Below are positions 55,592-64,000 of a stretch of DNA of 64,000 bases, one piece after another; within the stretch, counting starts at the first letter, position 1; each line of letters opens with the position of its first letter. The notes beneath the pieces are model-generated. The model ran no database searches, had not been told where the DNA came from, and saw only the letters and a program-made list of their open reading frames with translations. Source of the stretch: Acidimicrobiia bacterium (GTDB lineage Bacteria > Actinomycetota > Acidimicrobiia > Spongiisociales > ZC4RG35). The position numbers and the translations under genes are program-made. The stretch spans positions 2,080,001 to 2,144,000 of the forward strand of contig CBDBCY010000004.1 in assembly GCA_965203555.1 (NCBI GenBank), read 5' to 3'.

Positions 55592-57355
55592 TCACCAGCA
55601 ATCGAGATCGTCGAGCACGCCTACGGCGCCGTCTATCTCGAAACGCATGGAATAGGAGTCATGACTGAATCCATCCCAGATCCTCATCCATAGGGACCCG
55701 GTATTGGCGTTGCGTAGCCGTGAGACGAATTGCGTTGCGGTCTCTTCGGCGAAAACTGCGGATTCGAAGTCCTCGTCGCTCCACCACCACTCTGCGACGA
55801 GATCCTCCATGTTCGCAAACCGGTACTCCACTATCACGGACCCGTTATCGCCCACAGCACTCTGGATCAGCCAGTCCGTTACCACGAAGATGGAGTTCCA
55901 ATTCGAGTTGGATACTCCGCACCGCACGATCAAAAAGGGAGATTCCTCCCACGAATACCCACTGTGTTCCGTTGCTGTAAGGTGGTAACCCTCATATTTG
56001 CCATCGATGCCTTCACCAGTGAAGTGGGCCCATTCGCCGATGTCGCCTGACAAGGAGGCCTCATCTGGTTCGGCGGCGCGGAGGTCCGGAAGGCGCTGTC
56101 GGATGGTGGTCTCCGCCACCGCGTAAGAGAGACCCTCGACTTCTACATCGACGATCTTTTGCACGACGAGACCGATCACCTGTCCGCATTCGTTGAGGAG
56201 TGGTCCCCCACTGTTGCCGGGATTGAGTGCAGCATCGGTGACGATCAGAGTGCCGAGATCGGCGCGGGACTCGGTGCGCGATAACACCCCGCTGGTGACG
56301 GATGGCTCAGACGCCACGTAGACGGGAAAGCCGACGCCGAACACCCGATGACCGGGACCGATGTCGGAAAGGTTTCCGAACCGAAGAGCCCGAATGCCGC
56401 TCCCCGAAGCCCGGAGCAGCGCCAAGTCGGCGGCGAGATTGCTCCCAACAACACTGGCGGTGAGGGAGTTTCCCCCGCGTCGGAGAGTAACGCTCTGCTG
56501 GCCTTTGATTACATGGGCGGCAGTGAGCCATTCATCGTTTCCGATGTAGAACGCCGTGCCGAGGCCATCGCCGGCGTGGACCTGGTATACCGCCTCGGAC
56601 ACACGGGCGGCATGATCGGGGAAGTCGCAAGCCGCTCTCCTGGGTGGCGCAGTTGTCGTAGTGGTGGTTGTGGTGGTCACGCTGGACGGTATCGGAGAAT
56701 GGGAAGGCGCGCAGGTATCCGGCGCCACCGTCCGGCAAAGGAACAACACCATCTCTTCCCTGGACAGCGAAGTCCCGTACCCAAAGATCCCGGCTGCGAC
56801 ACCCCCGGTGATTCCCTGCTGATACGCCCATCCGATCGGGGCGCTTGCCCAATGGTCCGGATCGGTGGGAACGTCGTTGAAGGCATCGCTTCCGGCCGGA
56901 CCCCCGGTCGGCGATCCTTTCGCCCGGTACAGAAAAGTCACCATCTGCTCGCGGGTGAGAGTTCCGGCGCCGCCGAACTGGGTGGCACTGGTCCCGCTGG
57001 TTATTCCCTGCTCGACCGCCCAACCGATGGAGAAATTCGCCCAATGGTCGGCCGGGATATCAGCGAACTTGTCGCTTCCCTGGGTCCCTGCACCGCAGGC
57101 GTCCGGATCGAAGGCCCGGCAGAGGAAGGTGACCATCTGATAACGGGTGAGGGTCTGCCCCATGCCGAACCGGTTGTTCCCCACCCCGGCGGTGATGGCG
57201 TTGGCCGCCGCCCACCCGATGGCGGTTTCAGCGATGTGACCCGGAGGCACATCCTCGAAGTCGGGCGCGGTCTGTCCCGCGGCAAAGCCGACGGTGAGCG
57301 ACAGACCTGCCAGGGCGGCTGCCAGGCTCGCGATCATCCGCTTGGCGAGGCTCAT
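55592..57355 (-). CDS. Secreted SLH-domain trypsin-like serine protease
   Basis: Signal peptide; three SLH repeats (FxDVP..W..GIT.G..F..LTR.QMV.FL); poly-Thr linker; triad motifs TAAHV, DLAL and GNSGG; uncharacterised C-terminal domain. Confidence 0.9.
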   Translation of the reverse strand: MSLAKRMIASLAAALAGLSLTVGFAAGQTAPDFEDVPPGHIAETAIGWAAANAITAGVGNNRFGMGQTLTRYQMVTFLCRAFDPDACGAGTQGSDKFADIPADHWANFSIGWAVEQGITSGTSATQFGGAGTLTREQMVTFLYRAKGSPTGGPAGSDAFNDVPTDPDHWASAPIGWAYQQGITGGVAAGIFGYGTSLSREEMVLFLCRTVAPDTCAPSHSPIPSSVTTTTTTTTTAPPRRAACDFPDHAARVSEAVYQVHAGDGLGTAFYIGNDEWLTAAHVIKGQQSVTLRRGGNSLTASVVGSNLAADLALLRASGSGIRALRFGNLSDIGPGHRVFGVGFPVYVASEPSVTSGVLSRTESRADLGTLIVTDAALNPGNSGGPLLNECGQVIGLVVQKIVDVEVEGLSYAVAETTIRQRLPDLRAAEPDEASLSGDIGEWAHFTGEGIDGKYEGYHLTATEHSGYSWEESPFLIVRCGVSNSNWNSIFVVTDWLIQSAVGDNGSVIVEYRFANMEDLVAEWWWSDEDFESAVFAEETATQFVSRLRNANTGSLWMRIWDGFSHDSYSMRFEIDGAVGVLDDLDCW

Positions 57356-57445
57356 CGCTTCATGCTCCGTTCTTCCTGCCTCATAGCCTGGCGCGGAGGT
57401 GGGACATTTCCAAGACGGATTGGGCACTTTAGAATGTCGGGAAGA

Positions 57446-58252
57446 ATGTCTTCTCCTCCCACTATCGCCATTCTTGGCGCCGGGGCGATGGGGTCCGCCT
57501 TGGCCAGGGGTCTGTTGGGTAATGGCTGGCGTCCGGATGATCTGGTCCTGGCCGAAGTTGTGGCTGAGCGAGCCGTCCAGGTGCAGGCTGAGTTGGGGTG
57601 CAAGTGCGTCTCCGACCCGGCCGAGGCGGTCAGGGGTCGGCAGGCGGTGGTGGTGGCGGTCAAGCCCCAGGACATAGAAACTCTATTGGGGCAGGTGGCC
57701 GCCGCGATTACCACGGATCAGTTGGTGATTACCCTGGCTGCCGGGGTCCGCATCGAGACTCTGGAAGACGCCTTGGGGGATACTCCGGTGGTGCGAGTGA
57801 TGCCCAACACACCGGCCCTATTGGGAAAGGGCATCGCAGGGCTGGCAGGCGGCGCACATGCGGAATCGAGCCATATGACCATGGCCCGGATGGTGATGGA
57901 AGCGGTGGGAGAGGTGGTGGAACTGGAGGAGGCTGACTTGGACGCGGTCACGGCAGTTTCCGGTTCCGGCCCCGCATATGTTTTTGCCCTGGCCGAGTCG
58001 ATGACTGAAGCTGCTCTCAAGCTGGGCCTGTCTCCCGAGGTCGCAACCGAGTTGGTGAATTTCACTGTTTTGGGAGCGGGAGAGATGCTGGTACGCACCG
58101 GTCACAGCGCCGGTCATCTGCGTCGACAGGTGGCATCCCCGGGCGGCACGACGGCCGCTGCTCTGGCGGTTATGAAAGAAGGGGGATTCTCCGAGTTGGT
58201 GGTTAGGGCCCTGGAAGCCGCCAACGCCCGTTCCATCGAACTGGGTGGATGA
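57446..58252 (+). CDS. proC: Pyrroline-5-carboxylate reductase
   Basis: GAGAMG, AVKPQ, RVMPNTP, AVSGSGPAY and VASPGGTT motifs. Confidence 0.96.
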   Translation: MSSPPTIAILGAGAMGSALARGLLGNGWRPDDLVLAEVVAERAVQVQAELGCKCVSDPAEAVRGRQAVVVAVKPQDIETLLGQVAAAITTDQLVITLAAGVRIETLEDALGDTPVVRVMPNTPALLGKGIAGLAGGAHAESSHMTMARMVMEAVGEVVELEEADLDAVTAVSGSGPAYVFALAESMTEAALKLGLSPEVATELVNFTVLGAGEMLVRTGHSAGHLRRQVASPGGTTAAALAVMKEGGFSELVVRALEAANARSIELGG

Positions 58253-58728
58253 CGCAACCGGAAGGACCAGGTAGAGGACTCATGCAGGCGCCGGACTTCA
58301 CCCTCTTGGACCAGGATCGGACCCTGGTCTCCCTATCGGACTTCTCCGGTCGGAGATTGGTGCTGTTCTTCTATCCGAAGGCCATGACGCCCGGTTGCAC
58401 GGTGGAGGCGGGTGATTTTCGTGACAGCTACCAAGAATTACTGGATGCAGGCTTGGCGGTGGTGGGGATCAGTCCCGATCCGCCGGAGAGACTGGCGGAA
58501 TTCCGTCGCCAAGAGAGTCTGCCTTTCCCCTTGCTGTCCGATGCCGATCACGAGGTGGCTGAGGCGTTTGGCGCCTGGGGCGCCAGGAAGCTGTATGGAA
58601 GAGAGACGGTGGGGCTCATCCGTTCCACCTTCGTGTTGGGTCCCGACGGTGAGATGGAAAGGGCCTTTCGGAATGTCCGGGCCAAAGGGCACGTAAGCCG
58701 CCTGAAGCGGGATCTGTTGGATCGCTAG
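58249..58728 (+). CDS. bcp: BCP/PrxQ peroxiredoxin (single Cys)
   Basis: APDFTL, FYPKAMTPGCT, GISPD and RSTF motifs. Confidence 0.93.
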   Translation: MTQPEGPGRGLMQAPDFTLLDQDRTLVSLSDFSGRRLVLFFYPKAMTPGCTVEAGDFRDSYQELLDAGLAVVGISPDPPERLAEFRRQESLPFPLLSDADHEVAEAFGAWGARKLYGRETVGLIRSTFVLGPDGEMERAFRNVRAKGHVSRLKRDLLDR

Positions 58729-58839
58729 GCCCCCCGTTTACTCATGGAGGTGGGTTGAGTATCCTTTGGCCGGACTAGCGGGGCAGTGACGTTCTAGAGG
58801 GCCCCGATTGACATCGAACGCGGGGAGCTGGATCAAAAC

Positions 58840-61005
58840 ATGAAAGCGTCAAAGGTTTTGTTTGCTCTGGGTGTGGTTTCGGCGGTTGGGGTGATGGCCC
58901 TTTGGTGGCTGGGGTCTGTGATGCACGCCGAGCCTCCCAGCGAGGTGGGTCGGGAGGTTTTCGGAAACATTCCTAGCGGCCTTGAAGCGGCTTTCTACGT
59001 CTCGATAGCCGCATTCCTGTGGCTGGCCTTCTATCTGTTCTCATTGCGGGCACGCAACTGGTCCCGCGGAGACAAGGAAAAACGGCTGGGTGAATGGAAG
59101 CAACGGATTCGCCATCTGGCGGATGGCCTGCGAATGAAAACCCTGCTGCGCGACACCGCCTCGGGGCTGATGCATTCGATGATCTACTACGGGTTCCTGG
59201 TGCTGCTGGCGGGGACCATCACCCTCGAGATCGATCACCTGATGCCCAAGTCCTTCAAATTCCTCCACGGCCCCTTCTACCTGGGGTATTCGGCGGTGCT
59301 GGACTTCTTCGCCCTGGTGTTCCTGGGCGGACTGGCGTGGGCGGTGTTCCGTCGCTACATGCGACCGCCTGCTCGTATCGCCTCCAAGACCCGTCCCGAG
59401 GACGCTTTGGTGTTGGGGCTGCTGATCCTGGTGGGCGTCACGGGGTTGATAACCGAGGCGGCCCGGATTGCGGTGGACGGCCAGCCTGACTTCGAGAGGT
59501 GGTCTTTTGTGGGATATCCACTCTCGTTCTGGATGCCGACCGCGCCGCAGTTGTTCCACCAAGTGGTGTGGGCGATACACGCCGCTTCTTTCCTGGCTTT
59601 CCTGGTGGTCCTCCCGGTGACCAAGCTGCGCCACGCGGTCACCTCGCCGGTGAACATGTTCCTTTCTCCCAAGGACCGGCCCAAGGGAGCCATGAAGTCC
59701 ATGCCCAACCTCATGGAAGCCGAGGACCTGGAGACGGTCGGCGCCGGGGTGATAGGCGACTTCACCTGGAAGCAGTTGTTCGACACCGATGCATGTACGA
59801 TCTGTGGCCGCTGCACCTCGGTGTGCCCGGCCAACATCACCGGCAAATCCCTCGACCCTCGGGAGATCGTGGTCAAATCCGGCGAGGTGCTCACCGCTTC
59901 GGGCCAACCGGTGGTGACCGCTCCCGTGGCCCTTCCGTCCGGAGTCACCATCGACACCGACAGTCTTTTCGAGCGGATCACGTCCGAAGAGGTATGGTCC
60001 TGCACTTCCTGCCGGGCTTGCGACGACATCTGCCCGGTCAACATCGAAATCCTGGACAAGATTCTCGACATGAGGCGCTACCTGACCCTGATGGAGGCCG
60101 AGTTTCCCTCGGAGTTGGCCAAAGCCTTCGTGTCGATGGAGAATCAGGGCAACCCATGGGGGCTGGGCAGGGAGCAGCGGGTGGAGTGGACCAGGCAACT
60201 GGATTTCCCCGTCAAGGTACTGGGTGTTGACGGGGTTGATTCCGCAGAGTACCTGTGGTTTGTGGGGTGTGCCGGTTCGTTCGATGACCGCAATCGGGCG
60301 GTGACGTTGTCGCTGGCCCGTCTCCTGCATCAGGCGGGACTCGACTTCGCGGTGCTCGGACGGCGGGAAATGTGCAACGGGGATCCGGCTCGTAGGGGCG
60401 GCAATGAGTTCGTCTACCAACAACTGGCGTTCGAGAACATCGAGACGATGGATTCCTTCGGAGTCAAGAAAGTCATAACCCAGTGCCCTCACTGCTTCAA
60501 CACTCTGGCCAACGAGTACCCGCAACTGGGTGGAAACTACGAGGTCATCCACCACACGCAACTTTTGGCTGAACTGTTGCGAAGGGGAGTCCTGACCAGC
60601 TCCAACGGCGCGCCCAACGGACGTTCCGAACCCCGCCGGGTCACATATCACGATCCCTGCTATCTGGGTCGGCACAACGACATCTACCTGGCCCCCAGGG
60701 AAGTGGTGGCCGCTTCGGGAAATATCGAGATGGTCGAGATGCCTCGCCATGGCACCAAGGCCTTGTGCTGCGGGGCAGGCGGCGCCCGCTTCTGGATGGA
60801 AGAGAGGGTGGGCAAGAAGATCAACACAGAACGCACCGAGGAGGCATTGGCCACGGGTGCTTCCGAGGTGGCGGTCTCCTGTCCCTATTGCTATGTGATG
60901 CTGGACGACGGCGTCAAAGAGGCGGGTCGCGATTCCGACGTCCAGGTCAGGGATCTGGCAGAGATGTTGGCTGAAGTCGCCCTGGAACGAGATGCCGCCC
61001 GATAA
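58840..61005 (+). CDS. Membrane Fe-S oxidoreductase (FadF/HdrD-like)
   Basis: TM region, two CxxCxxCxxxCP motifs and two CCG-type domains (GC..CNG..CPHC; HDPC..CCG..CPYC). Confidence 0.92.
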   Translation: MKASKVLFALGVVSAVGVMALWWLGSVMHAEPPSEVGREVFGNIPSGLEAAFYVSIAAFLWLAFYLFSLRARNWSRGDKEKRLGEWKQRIRHLADGLRMKTLLRDTASGLMHSMIYYGFLVLLAGTITLEIDHLMPKSFKFLHGPFYLGYSAVLDFFALVFLGGLAWAVFRRYMRPPARIASKTRPEDALVLGLLILVGVTGLITEAARIAVDGQPDFERWSFVGYPLSFWMPTAPQLFHQVVWAIHAASFLAFLVVLPVTKLRHAVTSPVNMFLSPKDRPKGAMKSMPNLMEAEDLETVGAGVIGDFTWKQLFDTDACTICGRCTSVCPANITGKSLDPREIVVKSGEVLTASGQPVVTAPVALPSGVTIDTDSLFERITSEEVWSCTSCRACDDICPVNIEILDKILDMRRYLTLMEAEFPSELAKAFVSMENQGNPWGLGREQRVEWTRQLDFPVKVLGVDGVDSAEYLWFVGCAGSFDDRNRAVTLSLARLLHQAGLDFAVLGRREMCNGDPARRGGNEFVYQQLAFENIETMDSFGVKKVITQCPHCFNTLANEYPQLGGNYEVIHHTQLLAELLRRGVLTSSNGAPNGRSEPRRVTYHDPCYLGRHNDIYLAPREVVAASGNIEMVEMPRHGTKALCCGAGGARFWMEERVGKKINTERTEEALATGASEVAVSCPYCYVMLDDGVKEAGRDSDVQVRDLAEMLAEVALERDAAR

Positions 61006-61057
61006 CGGGGCCAGGGTGGGACGCGCCGAGGAGCAGCGTAGACCGGCGACCCTCCCG

Positions 61058-61864
61058 ATGAAGGTTGGCTATCAGGGAGAGGTCCATTCCTACAGTCACC
61101 AAGTGGCGAATGAACTCTTCCCGGATGTGGAGTTGTGTGGCTACCAGAGCTTTCCGGGGGCATTCTCGGCCATTCGAGAAGGAGATGTGGACCGTTTGGT
61201 GCTGCCCATCGAGAATTCCACTACCGGAAGTGTCCTTCCGGTGTTGAATCGTTTGGCAACCGGCGAATTCCACATCGTTGTCGAACACATGAAGGTGGCC
61301 AGCCATAGCCTGTTGGGGTTGGAGGGCGCCGATTTAGCCGACGTTCGTAAAGTGTTTTCCCACCCTGAAGCTCTTTCCCAAGCGGAGAGAACTATCTCCC
61401 GATGGGGCTGGGAAGGAATCCCCGTGCACGACACCGCCGGGGCGGTGCGGCTGGTTGCCTCCCGAGGGGATGCTCGGCAAGCTGCTCTGGCCCACATCAG
61501 CGCCTCGGCTCTGGGGTTGGTTGTCCTGTTGGAAAATGTGGTCGACCGGGCCGACAACACTACCCGGTTCGTCGTGCTGGCGCCCGGCGAGCCCTGCGTG
61601 TCCGAAGACGCCAATAAGACCTCGGTGGTCTTCGAGGTTCTTCACCGGCCCGGATCCCTGGCGCTGGCGCTAACCGAACTGGCCGCCCGGGGCGCCAACC
61701 TGACCCGGATTGAATCCCGTCCCTCCACCGAAGCGTGGCGTTACCGGTTCTTTGTCGATCTGATCCACTCGCCAGGGCCCGACGGGCTGGCCAAGGTGTT
61801 CAACCCTGACCTGGTGTCTGTGAGCAACCTGCGCATGCTGGGTAGCTACCGGGCTGCGCGATGA
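61058..61864 (+). CDS. pheA: Prephenate dehydratase
   Basis: YQG..SYS, PIENSTTG, SHPEALSQ, NTTRF and NLTRIESRP motifs. Confidence 0.93.
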   Translation: MKVGYQGEVHSYSHQVANELFPDVELCGYQSFPGAFSAIREGDVDRLVLPIENSTTGSVLPVLNRLATGEFHIVVEHMKVASHSLLGLEGADLADVRKVFSHPEALSQAERTISRWGWEGIPVHDTAGAVRLVASRGDARQAALAHISASALGLVVLLENVVDRADNTTRFVVLAPGEPCVSEDANKTSVVFEVLHRPGSLALALTELAARGANLTRIESRPSTEAWRYRFFVDLIHSPGPDGLAKVFNPDLVSVSNLRMLGSYRAAR

Positions 61865-62854
61865 CCGTTTCCCGGTCTGCTGCAGGAGAGTCACAAGGGG
61901 TTTGAGGGCGCGTTGAAGCGAAGCGGGCGGGGGCTTTCCCCACTGTAGGTCGTCAAGGTTTCCGATCAGGGCGTCGGGTTGCCTTTCCGCCCATACGCCA
62001 AGGTGAAATAGCACCTCGCTCTGCATGAGGTCGTTCGCTTCCAGGTGATTGACCACCAGCCACGGCTGTTGCCGTCTGTCCAGCCTGGCGAGAAACGAGG
62101 CTGCCCGGACGATCCCGGAGGGACTCGCCTCGCAAACCACCACCTTTTGGCCTGGCCACTGCTCGAATGACTCGACGCATGGACCGAGATCCACCACCGT
62201 GATCGGGTAGTCCCAAAGCCGGGACCAGCCGCCGGCCAGCATTCCCACTGCCGACCCGCCGGCTCTCTGAAGCAGCACGTCGATTCCGTGGAAGTCAACC
62301 GGCTCATAGGCATTGGTGGGTGGGGGAAGGCCCAGGCGGAGTCCGAGAGTGGGGGAGGGATCGGCTTCTATAAGCAAGCATGGACCTGTTCGCGCCGCCA
62401 TCCAAGCCAGACCGAGGGCCACCTCGGTTCTTCCCGGCGCCCCTCGCGGTCCTCCAACCGCCACCACTGTCGGGCCTTCCTGCACACCCCGAGCCAAGTC
62501 CCGACCGGGGGAGTCGGCACGAAGGACGGTGGCCGCCCACTCCGGATCCGGCTGCTCCAGAACGTAATTGCATCCCCAATCCTCCAGGAGTTCGCAGTCC
62601 AGGGGGTGATAAGAGTCGCTGATTCCAATTACCACCAGACCCCTGTCCTGCCAGGCGCTTATCAAGCCGGGGGACAGCCAGGGAATCTCCGTTCCCACCA
62701 GCACCGCCCGGGCAGTTCCTCGGCGAAGGACCTGTTGAACTTGAGCGGGGTGGAAGGCCCGCTGGACGATCTTCAGGGACCCGGTTAACCTCGCCTGTTC
62801 CACCAGTTCCGATTCCCACCCCGGTCCCGCGGTGGTGACTACGCGAGGAATCAT
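61670..62854 (-). CDS. CpaE/Ssd-like protein (receiver-like domain + deviant P-loop); 3' end overlaps pheA
   Basis: VVAVGGPRGAPGRTEVALGLA, LIEAD, VVDLG and LVVN motifs. Confidence 0.7.
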   Translation of the reverse strand: MIPRVVTTAGPGWESELVEQARLTGSLKIVQRAFHPAQVQQVLRRGTARAVLVGTEIPWLSPGLISAWQDRGLVVIGISDSYHPLDCELLEDWGCNYVLEQPDPEWAATVLRADSPGRDLARGVQEGPTVVAVGGPRGAPGRTEVALGLAWMAARTGPCLLIEADPSPTLGLRLGLPPPTNAYEPVDFHGIDVLLQRAGGSAVGMLAGGWSRLWDYPITVVDLGPCVESFEQWPGQKVVVCEASPSGIVRAASFLARLDRRQQPWLVVNHLEANDLMQSEVLFHLGVWAERQPDALIGNLDDLQWGKPPPASLQRALKPLVTLLQQTGKRSSRSPVATQHAQVAHRHQVRVEHLGQPVGPWRVDQIDKEPVTPRFGGGTGFNPGQVGAPGGQFG

Positions 62855-63150
62855 GTCAACTCGACCATCTCGATGGTGGAAAAGGGAATGATCACTCGCC
62901 GGGAGTCTCCCAGTTCCACATGATCCTGGCCGACTGCGAACGGAATCCCTTCACAGAGATGACCTCCCTGCACCCACAGTCTGATGGGCTGGCCTGCGTC
63001 CTCGGCGTCCAGCAGCCGATCCCGTAGGGTGGCCATACGCTGGATCTGGAGTAGGGCTGCTTCCTGTTCGTATTCCAAGGTCTCTTGGAAGCGCCTTCGA
63101 ACCAGTTCTCGAAAGTCAACCAAGTCAGGGTGTTCGGATTCTTTGGACAC
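62851..63150 (-). CDS. Hypothetical protein coupled to the CpaE-like gene
   Basis: GGAGG RBS; TLRDRL..VGQDHV segment; ATGA overlap with the next gene. Confidence 0.7.
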   Translation of the reverse strand: MSKESEHPDLVDFRELVRRRFQETLEYEQEAALLQIQRMATLRDRLLDAEDAGQPIRLWVQGGHLCEGIPFAVGQDHVELGDSRRVIIPFSTIEMVELT

Positions 63151-63247
63151 CGCGAGCTACCTCCCACAACAGCAGTGGTCACAATGTGGTATCCGTGATG
63201 CTTGAGAGTCAACCCCCTGAGCCTGGTTTGTAAAAAACATTTCCCAA

Positions 63248-63260
63248 ACTGGTTACCAGT
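63248..63260. promoter_or_regulatory. Palindrome ACTGGT-T-ACCAGT (GntR/FadR-like operator) upstream of coxS
   Basis: Perfect 6-1-6 palindrome in the divergent intergenic region. Confidence 0.45.
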
Positions 63261-63311
63261 ATCCGGGCAAACCTGATACCGTGAGGAGAAAGGTTTCGAG
63301 ATAGGAGGTCT

Positions 63312-63815
63312 ATGCACGTATCACTTACGGTAAACGGCCGGCGGGCGGTGACGGATGTAGAACCGCGTACGCTGTTAGTGCATTTGTTACGAGAGGAGCT
63401 GGGCCTGACCGGCACCCATGTGGGCTGTGACACTTCATATTGTGGGGCCTGCACGGTGATCGTAGACGGAAAGACTGTCAAGTCATGCACCATGCTGGCC
63501 GTCCAGGCGCAGGGCGCCGAGGTGACCACCATTGAAGGGATGGCCGCCAACGGCGATCTCCATCCCGTTCAGGAAGGATTCTGGGAAAGGCATGGTCTCC
63601 AGTGCGGATTCTGCACTCCGGGGATGATCATGTCGGCGGTGGGCCTGCTGTCTGAAAACGAGTCTCCCACAGAAAATGAAATACGCCATGGGCTGGAAGG
63701 CAATCTGTGCCGATGCACCGGGTATCACAACATAGTTCGGGCTGTGGAATACGCGGCCGCCAGGATGCGAGGCGAGGAACCGCCGCCCCCTGAGTGGGAG
63801 GGAGGTTCGTCATGA
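63312..63815 (+). CDS. coxS: (2Fe-2S) small subunit, CoxS/CutS family
   Basis: [19 protein letters not shown] and GNLCRCTGY motifs. Confidence 0.92.
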   Translation: MHVSLTVNGRRAVTDVEPRTLLVHLLREELGLTGTHVGCDTSYCGACTVIVDGKTVKSCTMLAVQAQGAEVTTIEGMAANGDLHPVQEGFWERHGLQCGFCTPGMIMSAVGLLSENESPTENEIRHGLEGNLCRCTGYHNIVRAVEYAAARMRGEEPPPPEWEGGSS

Positions 63816-64000
63816 GTACCACCAGCGTTTTGGGTGGAGTCGTCAAGCGCCGCGAAGATCCTGCTCTGATCAGGGGAACCGGACTTTATGTCGACGATCT
63901 CCAGTTGCCGGGGATGCTGCACACCGCCTTTGTGCGCAGCCCCTACGCCCATGCCTCAATAGAGTCGATCGACGCTTCCGACGCGCTGGCGATGGACGGG
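63812..64000 (+). CDS. Molybdopterin large subunit, CoxL/xanthine dehydrogenase family (5' part, runs off the window)
   Basis: [33 protein letters not shown]. Confidence 0.9.
   Translation, partial: MSTTSVLGGVVKRREDPALIRGTGLYVDDLQLPGMLHTAFVRSPYAHASIESIDASDALAMDG

Noticed and set aside
1-64000. tRNA/rRNA genes, integrases, transposases, prophage genes
   Set aside because: No cloverleaf/T-loop pattern, rRNA-like segment, or recombinase, DDE or phage protein motif was recognised by eye.

Overview
GC-rich chromosomal window that looks actinobacterial. The SLH-domain protein, TrpB2, Rv2466c-like DsbA, DUF222-HNH protein and pervasive leaderless TANNNT promoters suggest Acidimicrobiia; this taxonomy is an inference. 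Core genes (rpsF-ssb-rpsR-rplI, panB, nfo, uppS, pepP, dnaX, recR, trpB2, proC, bcp, pheA, coxS/coxL-type) are interleaved with accessory material. The accessory material includes: a peptide-type ABC importer divergent from an N,N-dimethylformamidase-like alpha/beta + SDR + phosphotriesterase-like + amine-dehydrogenase-like operon; a DUF222-HNH gene with a hairpin-rich upstream region; an AAA/DUF4143 ATPase; a stand-alone HEPN gene with a small partner; a Fic gene between dnaX and recR; and two intact plus one decayed PIN toxin-antitoxin pairs. The most striking non-coding signal is a repeat array directly upstream of the Fic gene (37633-37815): three copies of a 37-bp imperfect palindrome separated by two identical 36-bp segments. 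Other observations are a back-to-back junction of two gene tails (mtkB-like and class-V aminotransferase) at ~605, three likely CTG start codons, and an amidohydrolase lacking two canonical metal ligands. I recognised no tRNA, rRNA, cas gene, integrase or transposase. All product calls come from motif recognition by eye, not from database searches.
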